A DNA stretch of 60,550 nt, filler included, from Globobulimina sp. (taxonomy: Eukaryota): NCBI GenBank assembly GCA_003354225.1. It is 15 parts of 15 records of this genome, joined end to end, with 100 filler letters (N's around TTAATTAATTAA, not from the genome) between each part and the next. Parts side by side here need not be neighbours in the genome. Positions count along the whole stretch, not along the records: positions 1 to 3,947 come from PIVH01001842.1; positions 4,048 to 7,994 come from PIVH01001843.1; positions 8,095 to 12,040 come from PIVH01001844.1; 12 more parts are not named here. One strand, 5' to 3'. This document shows positions 1-10,541 of this stretch, piece after piece. Under the pieces are notes generated by a model. It worked only from the letters and a program-made list of their open reading frames with translations, had not been told where the DNA came from and made no database searches. The translations under genes were made by a program, and so were the position numbers. Position 1 is the first letter of the stretch. Every line of letters begins with the position of its first letter.

Positions 1-2559
1 CGCACAGATTTCGCGCAAACCATTAAAAATGCCAAACAAGAGCAAGAAGCCTATATCAATAAAATATTCCCCACTGCTTATGATAATATCTTAGCGGGCT
101 GTCTCCCCACAAAAAGAAATACGTTAAGCGGACCCGACAACGAACATAAAAATACTAATATGGATAACATGGATGATCTTATGGTTCAAATTGATTTGCC
201 TTCCAACTCGATCAGCCTTTATGAATTCGAATGGCATTATCGCCTAAAAATTGAAGGTCTGACCAATGTTACCTCCCTACCGCGTTTTGACCCATCCATT
301 ATAAAATCGGTATACATGATGGCCGAGATTTGGTGCGGGGGCATAAATTTGACACAGGCCACGTTAAAAACAAAACATGCAATCCCCGCAGCACACATAC
401 GATGGGGCACTTGGTTATCTTCGCAAAACTTAATCTTTTCACAATTACCACGCGAGTCTGTGTTGTGTTTGATGGTGTTTGGAGTGATAGGGAATGAGAT
501 CGCTTCCAAATCGGCTTCCTCTAAACGTTCCAAGATGTTTGGTCGTCGCAGTAAAAACATGGATTCCACCTTTTCTGACGCCGGACCCGATGCATGCTTA
601 GCTTGGGCACGTTTGCCTATCATCACTGACGATAATTATTTACGAAAAGGCAAGATCTTATTAAATATGTGGCATTTGCCCAAAAAAGATACGTTTAATC
701 AATTAAAACATAAACCCTTCCGCTATCGTGGGAGTACTTGCGATCGCAATATCAAAGTATTAGATGCGGAGCAATGCCAATTATTGATTGCTTTCGATGA
801 ACATCCGTTTGATGTGATTGCGCCCAAATATTCGACGGTATTGGCGTATGAAGATAATAGGTTCAGCGGCACAAATAATATCCGCATCAGTAATAAGAAT
901 ATGAACCTCGCCGTCGATCGTAATAATATGAAAGGTATTAATAAGAAACAAAAGAATGACATTGATTCTATTATCCATAAATCACCGCTTAATCCTCTGG
1001 AGATCTTTGAAAAACAGTTAGTTTGGAGTTATAGGGATAATTTATGGCATCGCCCGGAAGCTTTATCTGCTTTCGTACGCTCGTGTAATTGGACCAATGT
1101 GGTGGACATTAAAGAAGCGCACAAATATTTAGACATTTGGGCAGCGCCCAAACATTATGCCGATGCCATTGAGTTTTTAGATTATAAATATTTGGATACG
1201 AAGTTACGCGAGAAAGCAGTGTCTTGGTTGAATGAAATGGACGACAGTGATTTGCAAAAATATTTGCTTCAATTGGTGCAATGTTTAAAGTTTGAAATCC
1301 ATCACGAAAATGCATTGTCGTTGTTTTTATTGCGGAGAGCTTTGTTGTCTCCGTACCAGATCGGACATTATTTCTTTTGGTACTTGAAATCCGAATTTGA
1401 TATGTTCATAGAATATGTGGAACGCTTTGGTTTGTACTTGGAAGAATATTTATTGTTTTCGTGCGGCCATAGCAAGGAATTGTTTATACAAAACGCGATG
1501 TTAAAACGGTTGGAATGGATCAGTAAAAAAGTGACCGCCATCCCCGAAAAAAAGCGATTCTCGCAAGAGAGTAAGAAGTTTTTTAAAAAAGAGCTATTTA
1601 AATTAAATCATGATTTGAGCCATTCAAACAAGAATAAGATGTTCCAGATCCCATTGTATCCGCGGTGGAAGTCGTACGGACTGAAAATGAATGAGTGTAA
1701 GTATATGAGTAGCAAGAAGGTGCCGTTGTGGTTGGTTTTCGAGAATGCCGACAAGTTGGGACAGGATATTGTGGTCTTATACAAGTATGGCGACGATTTG
1801 CGACAAGATACCTTGACATTGCAGATAATTCGTCTAATGGACAATTTGTGGTTGAATGAGAATATCGATTTGCATTTGAAGCCGTACAGATGTCTGTCAA
1901 CGGGCAATCAGGCGGGAATGTTGGAGATTGTGTTGAACAGCAAAACTGTGAATAATATTGCCGAGGTTCATGGCGGTGTCTTTGATCAAGGCGCCATTGA
2001 TAACTTTATTAAGCAATATAATTCATCGCAGTCGTTTTGTCAAAAAGCAAAAGAGAACTTTGCTCGTTCGGTGGCGGGATATTGTATCGCGACGTATGTG
2101 TTAGGTATTTCTGATCGACATTCGAGTAATTATATGGTGTGTAAAAATGGACAATTTTTTCATATTGATTTTGGACATTTTTTAGGAAATTGGAAAACAA
2201 AATGGGGAATAAAAAGAGAGCGCACACCGTTGGTGTTTACCAATCAGATGCGGTATGCCATCAGTAATGAGAATGAAACATTGTATAAAGATTTCATAAA
2301 TTGGTGCTCTGCCTCATACAATATACTTCGGCATAAGAACCGGTTGTTATTGATATTATTTCGATTGATGATTGCGGCACAAATGGAAGAGTTAGTGAGC
2401 GAAAATGATATTATGTATTTTCAAAATCAACTCAATCTATCAATGGACGATAAGAATGCCACTAAACATATTGAGAAAGCTATTGATAAAGCATTAAAAG
2501 ATTGGGGTACCTATGTTAATAATAAAATTCATCAAATAAGACATCAAAAAAATAAATAA
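1..2559 (+). CDS. Phosphatidylinositol 3-kinase catalytic subunit (C2, PIK helical and kinase domains), 5' partial
   Basis: Motifs MSSKKVPLWL, K-x-GDDLRQD, LGISDRHSSN, HIDFGHFLG and RERTP; helical domain YLLQLVQCLKFE; the frame is open from position 1 through ATG 160. Confidence 0.95.
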   Translation, partial: RTDFAQTIKNAKQEQEAYINKIFPTAYDNILAGCLPTKRNTLSGPDNEHKNTNMDNMDDLMVQIDLPSNSISLYEFEWHYRLKIEGLTNVTSLPRFDPSIIKSVYMMAEIWCGGINLTQATLKTKHAIPAAHIRWGTWLSSQNLIFSQLPRESVLCLMVFGVIGNEIASKSASSKRSKMFGRRSKNMDSTFSDAGPDACLAWARLPIITDDNYLRKGKILLNMWHLPKKDTFNQLKHKPFRYRGSTCDRNIKVLDAEQCQLLIAFDEHPFDVIAPKYSTVLAYEDNRFSGTNNIRISNKNMNLAVDRNNMKGINKKQKNDIDSIIHKSPLNPLEIFEKQLVWSYRDNLWHRPEALSAFVRSCNWTNVVDIKEAHKYLDIWAAPKHYADAIEFLDYKYLDTKLREKAVSWLNEMDDSDLQKYLLQLVQCLKFEIHHENALSLFLLRRALLSPYQIGHYFFWYLKSEFDMFIEYVERFGLYLEEYLLFSCGHSKELFIQNAMLKRLEWISKKVTAIPEKKRFSQESKKFFKKELFKLNHDLSHSNKNKMFQIPLYPRWKSYGLKMNECKYMSSKKVPLWLVFENADKLGQDIVVLYKYGDDLRQDTLTLQIIRLMDNLWLNENIDLHLKPYRCLSTGNQAGMLEIVLNSKTVNNIAEVHGGVFDQGAIDNFIKQYNSSQSFCQKAKENFARSVAGYCIATYVLGISDRHSSNYMVCKNGQFFHIDFGHFLGNWKTKWGIKRERTPLVFTNQMRYAISNENETLYKDFINWCSASYNILRHKNRLLLILFRLMIAAQMEELVSENDIMYFQNQLNLSMDDKNATKHIEKAIDKALKDWGTYVNNKIHQIRHQKNK

Positions 2560-2674
2560 ATAAATTGTTTGTTTGTTTACTGTTTATTTGTATCATACAT
2601 TTTTGTTGCTGTACAGTAGTCCTTTTTTTTTAAGAAAACGTTTAAGTTTCTTAAACATTTAAGTTTAATACTCA

Positions 2675-3947
2675 ATGGCGTCACAACTATCAGCAGACGG
2701 AGAAGTGGTGGAAGAATCAGACAAAAAAACAATTAAAAAAGTTTATGACAAATATATGCAAGAATATAATCGTATGCCTCATTCTGTGGAGCTCTTTGTC
2801 GGATTCGCCAAAAAATTCCATGATGTAAAGATATCATTTGCTTCAGCAAAATCATTCTTAGATGAAATAAGTCAAAGCCCATCAGACTCCGTCCCTACAT
2901 TTCTCGCTCCAAATTTTGCAAAAATGAAATTATCATCAATCTCAACACCAAATGTGTTAACAAACTCAAATATTCGAAAGAAAAAAACATTAAAATCAAA
3001 TTTGAATGAAAAATATCACAGTGTTAACGATTTACAATTATTAAAAGACATTAAAGAGGTGATTATGAATATGGACTGTATCAAAAATAGCCAACAAATC
3101 GCAAATGAATTAAACAATGCAAGATGGAATAATATAGATTCGAGTTATTTGGAGTTAACAAAGCGGTTAGCTCGGGGCCGGGGTGCCATTGGTCACAATG
3201 CTGGTTCTCATCTACGTCCATCATTACATCAACCATCGCTTTCAAAAGATGAAGACTTTTTGTCTTTAAAGGATTTATCGCAGCGAATAGATGTCGACGA
3301 TGTTGATCATGATGTTTCTGTATATTTATTGAAAACTTTTTATCGCGATGAAGTTGGCGATGATGGGGACTATGATTTTGATGAACAGGAAGAAGCATTG
3401 TCTTTATACGATTCCATGGTATTAAGATATCGGAAAACAATGCGAAAGGAATTAGCATCGCAGCCTGATCAATTAACATCGCACAAATCAGCGCCACCGC
3501 AATCGCGCACTATGAATATCTCCAAACGTTTATCGTTATCATTGGATGAGAAAATAAAACCAGATTTCTCTTATATGACATATTCGATTGACTCTGCAGT
3601 TATGGATAAAGCATTTAGAGCATTGTCGACTGTATCAAGCTCCGCATTTGAAACAGTATCTGTTGGCACGGAGATGCTTTTAGCTTTTGATGAGGATGAA
3701 GAGAAAGATAAAAACTCCCCATTTGTGGATAAAAACTTCTTGGATGTGATGTCCAAATATGAATCGAAAATGGATTGTTGGGATTTTGATGTGTTTGAAT
3801 TTATGGATGATGCAGTATTTTGTGGTAAAGGTTTAGTGTATTTAGCATTTTTTTTATTTCGTAAAGTGGGTTTATTGGACAGTACCGGTGTTTCTCAAAC
3901 ACATTTATGGCGGTTCTTTGAGATGGTTGGCAACGGCTATCTGGATG
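2675..3947 (+). CDS. Class I 3',5'-cyclic nucleotide phosphodiesterase, 3' truncated just before the YHN metal motif
   Basis: WDFDVFEF...LVYLAFFLFRKVGLL...LWRFFEMVGNGYLD matches the start of the PDE catalytic domain; the contig ends at 3947. Confidence 0.75.
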
Positions 3948-4047
3948 NNNNNNNNNNNNNNNNNNNNNNNNNNNNNNNNNNNNNNNNNNNNTTAATTAAT
4001 TAANNNNNNNNNNNNNNNNNNNNNNNNNNNNNNNNNNNNNNNNNNNN
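3948..4047. other. Artificial contig linker (44N-TTAATTAATTAA-44N). It recurs at 7995, 12041, 16086, 20130, 24173, 28216, 32259, 36302, 40345, 44387, 48429, 52470 and 56511
   Basis: Identical 100-nt spacer with stops in all six frames; the flanking contigs decrease monotonically in length. Confidence 0.99.
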
Positions 4048-4186
4048 TTATCAAACCGGGCTGAAAAAAAATACCCACAGACCACTAACAATGCTATATT
4101 TCACTCTATGGATATGTAACTTAATCGCATGTTTACAAGTTAATATCTGCAAAATAATATATTCATACAATTAAATCCGTGTAAAT

Positions 4187-5191
4187 TTGTGTATACCAAG
4201 GTACGGAATTTATTATTCTACACAATTTACACGGATTTATATGTTTATTTTCAACATATACATAAAGTGGGCGACATTACGAAGTTCCGTGTTTGTTGAA
4301 TTAAATAAATCACTGTGTACAGTGTTTTATCTTTCAAATTATTTATTCTATATGTTTGGCAAATACTGTTTGCATTTGTTGCTTATTTTTCGTTTTTATA
4401 TCGCATTTCGAGAAACACCAAACAGTTTAAATAAGTCGCGGACTCGCATTATATTAACAATTATCAGCATTAATTTCCTGCTATTTACCTCATTGTGGAT
4501 TAGTACCTGTTTAGAACATGTGGAGGTTGGTGTGATTGTTCCCAACTATAATTTAGAAATTTGCACATTATTTAATAATTCCAACACAGATTTAAGTTTG
4601 TTTGACGTTTTATGGCCAATTTTGCTCGGTGGGCAGGACTTTATTGTGGGATTGTTTACGTTGAGCTTATTTATTTGGAAAATACATGGATTGAAACAAT
4701 TTAATATCGATCATCAGCGTGAATATGAAAAAATTATCCGCAAATTATTCATATTAGCGTTCATATCCATTGCGTCTACCTTTTGTTTCTATACGTTTGC
4801 CATCCTATTTTATGCAAATCTAACTTTCCTATTACCATTGGATGCGGCATTAAATTCATTTTGTATCTTTTTATTATGTCATCATTCTGGTAAAATGTAT
4901 CATAAATTATGCTGTGGCTTTGATTTTTGTTTAAGGCAAATATTAAAACATGAAAGAAGTTCGATGAGAAGATCTAGACCAAAATCTGAGTCAGGAAATA
5001 GCGAAACATTTAAGCATTCACAAGATTCAACAGACACTGATGTAGAGGAAAAACAAACTGTAACACCCATTGAAATTACGGAATTTGAATCATACATAGA
5101 TTTATATACTGATAATAAAGAAGATTGCCAACTGAATCAATCGGGAGATATTTATACTGCTGAAACATCCACAAACAGTGGATTGCTATGA
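4187..5191 (+). CDS. Multi-pass (7TM/GPCR-like) membrane protein with acidic C-terminal tail; true start uncertain
   Basis: About 6-7 hydrophobic segments, an extracellular Cys loop, LDAALNSFCIFL in the last TM, polar tail. Confidence 0.55.
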   Translation: MCIPRYGIYYSTQFTRIYMFIFNIYIKWATLRSSVFVELNKSLCTVFYLSNYLFYMFGKYCLHLLLIFRFYIAFRETPNSLNKSRTRIILTIISINFLLFTSLWISTCLEHVEVGVIVPNYNLEICTLFNNSNTDLSLFDVLWPILLGGQDFIVGLFTLSLFIWKIHGLKQFNIDHQREYEKIIRKLFILAFISIASTFCFYTFAILFYANLTFLLPLDAALNSFCIFLLCHHSGKMYHKLCCGFDFCLRQILKHERSSMRRSRPKSESGNSETFKHSQDSTDTDVEEKQTVTPIEITEFESYIDLYTDNKEDCQLNQSGDIYTAETSTNSGLL

Positions 5192-5253
5192 TTGGTCAGA
5201 TGTAGAATTATGAATTGTTCCCTACTTTAAATTTAAAAGTTGTTAGTACGTAG

Positions 5254-5575
5254 TCCAACATCAAAGTTCAATGCTGCTGTTTGCAATAAGGTTGTTCTTA
5301 TATTGTGCTAATGTGCAATTAATAACAACCTCTAACTGCTCTGATTCTTTTGATATTTTCAAATGTACATTACACCAACATTTCCAGCTTCAAAACTCAT
5401 ACAAAAAATCAATCTTATTTGGCTTTCTACAGAGAAATGGTATCACCAACATTTTTTGATTTAGTACAAAAAAACAACACTACTCCAACTTCCAAGTTCA
5501 ATGCTGCTGTTTGCAATAACTGCTCTGATTCTTTTGATATTTATATTAGCATTACATTACACCCAACATTTCCAA
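5254..5575. repeat. Degenerate direct repeat pair (~5254-5390 and ~5484-5575); copy 1 carries a 43-bp hairpin insertion flanked by TAA
   Basis: AAGTTCAATGCTGCTGTTTGCAATAA...CTGCTCTGATTCTTTTGATATTT occurs twice. Confidence 0.85.
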
Positions 5576-5689
5576 TTTCATTTGAAAGAATGCTCTCAAA
5601 GATCTATGGTCACAAATTCTTCAGATGCTCTCTCAAATACCGTTCAAAAACAAATGGAGCAATTGCAAATAAAAAGAGTTATGTCATAC

Positions 5690-5801
5690 ATATGAATCAC
5701 TGCGGAATAAAAGCTTAGAACCCGGCAAAACGTTTTTTGTTTACATCTTACGCATTCTCGTGTTGCCAGGTTCTAAGCTTTTAATTCGCAGTGATTCATA
5801 T
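5690..5801. mobile_element. MITE-like foldback element with ~40-bp terminal inverted repeats
   Basis: ATATGAATCACTGCGGAATAAAAGCTTAGAACCCGGCAA pairs with TTGCCAGGTTCTAAGCTTTTAATTCGCAGTGATTCATAT; TA at both ends. Confidence 0.65.
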
Positions 5802-5902
5802 TTTTTATAATACGCTGTATAATTATTGTACATATTTAGTCAAGCCACGCCGTGAGATGTTGCTGCACATTAACCAGCGTGGATGATTTTGATTTTTTTC
5901 CA

Positions 5903-7766
5903 ATGTCCTTTTTATTATACCTAGCATTTGTAACATTATTATGTCTCTTAATTATTATAGTTCAACTTTTAAATTATTATTATCACAAAGATAGCGAGAC
6001 AGTGATTGATTTAGTATTTGGCCATTCATTTAAATCAAATCACAATAATTCATTGCTGGAACTGCATCAAGTTAATGCTGTTTACATTTTGGATTATATT
6101 TTGATGTATGGCATCATGGTATTTTCTGTTTGGGTCTCATTATTTTCATTTTATCGGTATTATACCACCAGAATGTTTACAAAAAAATTACGAAGTGTTT
6201 CCACCAAAAAATTGTTCTCCAAATTTGCTATTTATGCATTTATATTTTGCATGTTATTTATGATTCAAATCCATTTATATTATTGGATATATCCTATGGT
6301 TATAATATTATTTTGCGTGTTTAATTTTTATTGCACTTTGAAATTTGCTGCGATGCTCATTAAACAATATAAATTATTTATTGGTATGACAATTACTGTA
6401 TATTTATACTATATTTTTACAGAATTGATTTGATTGTTTGTACAGAGTTGAAAAGTATGGCCATCGATTCGCAAGAAGACATTTTGAAAAGCAGTATTTT
6501 GTCCAAATATATATCGTTAATTTGTTGCATATTGCAATCAATAAATTTAAGTTTATTTGTGATTATGTATAATGTGAACATAATTTATTGTTTACCACTT
6601 TTATGGGCAGTTTCAAGTTTAATATCGGCGCTTGCTTTCGCTAGGAATCGTATTTTTTTTCAACAAAATTGTAAATGTATTTTTTCTGAACATGTATCAT
6701 CAGATTCAAATAAAGAAACAATAATAACAACCGACGATGTTAACGTTGTGGACATTACGGTGCAAAATGAAGATAATAACTCAAAAGAAATGATAATCAG
6801 AAATAGAGATATAATGAACAGTCAATCTCTTTGCGATTTATACAGTGATAAACAAAAGGGGCTATCCATGATGTTACATCGTGCATATTCCGATCCAATG
6901 CATGATAAGAAATTAAATTTAAATGATTCATATGATAGTAATATTGCACCAATATTAGCATTAAAACAAGACAAAGCGAGTAAATCTTTGGTGATATACG
7001 ATGACACAAAAGCTGTTAAACCGCATGTACAGCAAATATCTTTTTTGCAGGCAGCGCATTCGTATCCATATCCTATTAGTTCGAGCAGCAAAATGAGCAA
7101 ATCAGATAAAGACACCGCATGCGGAAAAAGAATAAAAAATAATAATGGCATAAGTATGAGAGATACACATAGTAATAATACAACACCGAGAATATCAACA
7201 TTGCGCGCATTATCTGGGTTGTCTCGGTTATCATCCATCTCATTGACGAATACCAGCAATAAATCAATGTATCATAATATGGAGGATGCAGACGATAATA
7301 ATTCAACCCCAATACCTTTGCAATTGCCGTTGCATTCCACTGTGACCCCTGTGGACAATGTTGATGTTAAGATTGATGACATTCGGTATGTTTTGTATGT
7401 GTTTGTTTTGTTTGTATATAATTATTAATCATTTTTAGTGATTCGAGTGTAGAGGAAGAGGATGAGGATGATGCAGGTTTTAGCATATTGTCAGGATTTG
7501 AGGATGGAGATTTTGAGGATGATCAAAGGAATGAAATGATGTTTGGTTTGGACAGAAAGATTAATATTATCATTGGAATGCCAAATGAGTCAAATTTACT
7601 GAGTCATGCAGGCAGTAAAAGTGTACCAACAAATGTGGATCATATATTTGAATCGTTTAATATTTTGGCAAAATGTGGATTTTATTCACCCAAAAATGTG
7701 AATGAATTAAATAAATATCAAAAAAGATTTAGTCAAATTATTGCTAAATCTGCAACACCACAATGA
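5903..7766 (+). CDS. Multi-pass membrane protein with long disordered C-tail; exons 5903-6383, 6446-7385, 7439-7766
   Basis: GT-AG introns 6384-6445 and 7386-7438 join ORFs 5852, 6430 and 7488 in frame; about 6 TM segments. Confidence 0.75.
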
Positions 7767-7940
7767 TATTTACAATATTATTAGCTTTTTTTTTTGTGCT
7801 TGAAGCAAATTAATTATATATTTATAAATTGCAATGTACTTTATATTTGTAATGGAATTCGAACCACAGGAATTGAATTTCAACTTTTCATGCATGTTTT
7901 TATTGTTTTAATCAATACGACTCACGACTTAAAGTAAAAC

Positions 7941-7994
7941 ATGCTTGCTAGATTTGCAAGACATGCTCGTATTGGCCCGTCATTGTGTCCATTT
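7941..7994 (+). CDS. Probable start of a mitochondrion-targeted protein (MLARFARHARIGPSLCPF), truncated by the contig end
   Basis: Arg-rich, acid-free N-terminus preceded by AAAAC; only 18 codons are visible. Confidence 0.35.
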
Positions 7995-8100
7995 NNNNNN
8001 NNNNNNNNNNNNNNNNNNNNNNNNNNNNNNNNNNNNNNTTAATTAATTAANNNNNNNNNNNNNNNNNNNNNNNNNNNNNNNNNNNNNNNNNNNNAATAGC

Positions 8101-8128
8101 TTGACATATTTGAGCATTTGAGTATTTT
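8101..8128 (+). promoter_or_regulatory. Candidate sigma70-type promoter
   Basis: TTGACA at 8101, 16-nt spacer, TATTTT at 8123; SD GAGGT at 8172 upstream of ATG 8187. Confidence 0.5.
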
Positions 8129-8186
8129 AGAAATATATTAAATCTTGAAGGGCTAAAACTTTCGGGATACTGAGGTAAATAAAATT

Positions 8187-8825
8187 ATGACTATTGACGA
8201 AATCATCAGTCTTTTACCTGTTGAAAAGCAGGAAGCGGCAAAGATCGTAATCGATCAACATTCAGCAATGACAGGCGAAAAATTTAATTCTTTTATTCAG
8301 ACTGACGAGGGAAAGAAAGTATTTCAACCGCTGGTTGATTCGGGTATCTCTAAAGGCGTTACGTCTTTTGAGTCAAGGTTCGAAACGGAAAAACTTCCGG
8401 CTTTACTTGAGTCTAAGTATAAAGAAAAGCACCCAGACGCAGACCCGAAGGATCTTGAAATTAAAGAATTAAGAAATCTTTTCGAGAAAGAACAAAAAGA
8501 CCGTATCACAGAGAAACAGTTAAACATTGCCATTAAGAAACTCTCTGATATGGGTGTCCCTTCATCTATCGCCGATAAATTTATCGGTATGAGCGACGAA
8601 GAAACAGAAAAGGAACTCGAAAAAGCTAATTTTCTTGTCGAATGGAAAGACAAAGCTGTAAAAGAAAAAGACGATGAATGGATCAAAAAGTCAGGAAAAA
8701 CCCCGAAGTCAGGAGGAAGTGGTAACGGTAAGATTATGTCAGAGAATGATTTCTTTGCCTTAAAGCCAAAAGAGCAAGCCACATTTATGAGTGACGGCGG
8801 GACTATAGAACAACCAGAAAATTAA
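8187..8825 (+). CDS. Phage capsid scaffolding protein (DUF4355-like)
   Basis: Charged helical protein directly upstream of the capsid gene; ends with a G-K-T-P-K-S-G-G linker and a short C-terminal helix, as is typical of scaffolds. Confidence 0.8.
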   Translation: MTIDEIISLLPVEKQEAAKIVIDQHSAMTGEKFNSFIQTDEGKKVFQPLVDSGISKGVTSFESRFETEKLPALLESKYKEKHPDADPKDLEIKELRNLFEKEQKDRITEKQLNIAIKKLSDMGVPSSIADKFIGMSDEETEKELEKANFLVEWKDKAVKEKDDEWIKKSGKTPKSGGSGNGKIMSENDFFALKPKEQATFMSDGGTIEQPEN

Positions 8826-8845
8826 CGAATAACGGAGAATATAAA

Positions 8846-10006
8846 ATGTCTAATACATTAACCGCACTTGCACCCACCTTGTTTTCAGCGGCCAAAGAAG
8901 TAGCCAACGAACCAATGGGCGCACTTGACAGCATCAATCTTGATTTTGATAATAAGGGCGTTGCAATTGGCGACGACGTGACTGTCCCCATAGCGCCCGC
9001 TGCAACTGAGGCAACCTACACGCCCGCACAGGTGACCACTGTCGGTTCTGATAAAGTCGCCGCGTCAACAACCGTGTCGATTGACTATAACAAGGTAGTT
9101 TCATGGCATCTTACCGGTGAGCAACAAAGAAGCCTCGAAAACGGGAATACTAATGCTGATTGGATCAGTCAGTTAGTTAAACAGGGTATGAGAACTCTAA
9201 GAAACGCCGCCGAAGCACGGGCGTTGACTTCTATTTATCAGGGTTCCTCGAGTGCAACAGGTACGGCCGGAACCACTCCTTTTTCAACCACCCTTGACGC
9301 TATTGCCGACCTCAATAAGATAATGCTTGATAATGGCGCTCCAATGTCTGACATGACGCTTGCCATTGACACCGCTGCACTTAACAACGCGCAGAAATTA
9401 GCGATTGTTCAACAGGCAGACAAGGCAGGATCTGACGAGGAAAGACGCTCAGGTATACTTATGAATCAATACGGCTTCAAGATCAAGCCGAGTGCTGGAA
9501 TAGCATCGCACACCAAAGGAACCATGACCGGAGCCGATTGTACCGCCGTGGAACCTGTAGGCGAAACCACTATCGCGTGTGACGGCTCTGACTCTGGGAC
9601 AGTACTTGCCGGTGATGTAATCACTCAGGGTAATGAGGGTGGCGGAACTGCTGACACGACTAAATATGTAGTCAATTCAGGTTCTACCCTTACCGGGAAC
9701 GCATCGGGTAATTTTATTATTAACGGTCCCGGCCTTAAGGTTGCGACTGTTGCAATTGATGAATGGACTATCGGAGATTCATACACTGCCAACGTAGCGT
9801 TCGAGAGATCGGCTGTTGTCGGTGTAATGAGACCGCCTCTTATCCCTTCATCACCTTTGATTAAGCAAATGATGATCACAGACGATCGTGGATTAACTTA
9901 TCTATTTGTAGAGATTGTTGGTGACGGCCTCGTGACTTGGAGACTTCATCTGGCGTATGGTTTCAAAGTTGTCAATCCTGAATTTGTCGCAACGCTGTTA
10001 GGGTAG
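8846..10006 (+). CDS. Major capsid protein, P22 coat protein-like (HK97 fold with insertion domain)
   Basis: 386 aa; MSNTLT N-terminus, GDDVTVP, AGDVIT insertion-domain motif, C-terminal LAYGFKVVNPEFVATLLG. Confidence 0.85.
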   Translation: MSNTLTALAPTLFSAAKEVANEPMGALDSINLDFDNKGVAIGDDVTVPIAPAATEATYTPAQVTTVGSDKVAASTTVSIDYNKVVSWHLTGEQQRSLENGNTNADWISQLVKQGMRTLRNAAEARALTSIYQGSSSATGTAGTTPFSTTLDAIADLNKIMLDNGAPMSDMTLAIDTAALNNAQKLAIVQQADKAGSDEERRSGILMNQYGFKIKPSAGIASHTKGTMTGADCTAVEPVGETTIACDGSDSGTVLAGDVITQGNEGGGTADTTKYVVNSGSTLTGNASGNFIINGPGLKVATVAIDEWTIGDSYTANVAFERSAVVGVMRPPLIPSSPLIKQMMITDDRGLTYLFVEIVGDGLVTWRLHLAYGFKVVNPEFVATLLG

Positions 10007-10017
10007 GGAGGTTAATT

Positions 10018-10458
10018 ATGGCTATATCAAGTGATGAAGCAACCATTATAGATAATGATAACCCGACTAACGAAAAGGTTCAACTCGGTACAGAGGTAAG
10101 GGCAAATCAAACCGAGCTGACGGCCCAACAAAGTATCGACGCGGCAACGCCTCGTATGATCCGGTTTGCAGTAACGGCCGACGCCTCGGCGGGTCTGGCT
10201 ATTACTATACCTTATGCAATGACTATTCTTGATGTGATTGTAGAATGTACGGCCACGAATGGAGCGGGGACATTGACATTGCAGGTCGCAGCGAACGCGA
10301 TCACCGACGCGATAGTATGCGCAGTCGACACCACTATGGTCAGAGCGGGCACACTCGACGCAACGTATACGGCGTTGACAACTTCAACCGCGTTGAAGGT
10401 TCATGCTAACGGCGCGGCCGATCGTGGTATCGTGACAATTTTAGGCGTACCGGCTTAA
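10018..10458 (+). CDS. Putative capsid decoration/cement protein
   Basis: Small Ala/Thr-rich beta protein right after the capsid gene, strong SD GGAGGT, followed by a hairpin. Confidence 0.55.
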   Translation: MAISSDEATIIDNDNPTNEKVQLGTEVRANQTELTAQQSIDAATPRMIRFAVTADASAGLAITIPYAMTILDVIVECTATNGAGTLTLQVAANAITDAIVCAVDTTMVRAGTLDATYTALTTSTALKVHANGAADRGIVTILGVPA

Positions 10459-10471
10459 ATTTTAAATTATA

Positions 10472-10525
10472 AGCGGATCACCTCACGACTTCGGGAGGGG
10501 GTAAAACCCCTCCCTCTTATCCGCT
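10472..10525 (+). terminator. GC-rich hairpin (GGGAGGGG..CCCCTCCC) nested within an outer AGCGGAT/ATCCGCT stem; probable terminator or attenuator
   Basis: Inverted repeats visible directly; located after the high-copy capsid genes; the U-tract is weak. Confidence 0.6.
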
Positions 10526-10541
10526 AAAAAGGTTTTGAGAA

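Noticed and set aside
3948-4047. Recurrent TTAATTAATTAA palindrome every ~4 kb as a biological repeat
   Set aside because: It is always embedded in 44+44 N: a synthetic six-frame-stop linker between size-sorted contigs
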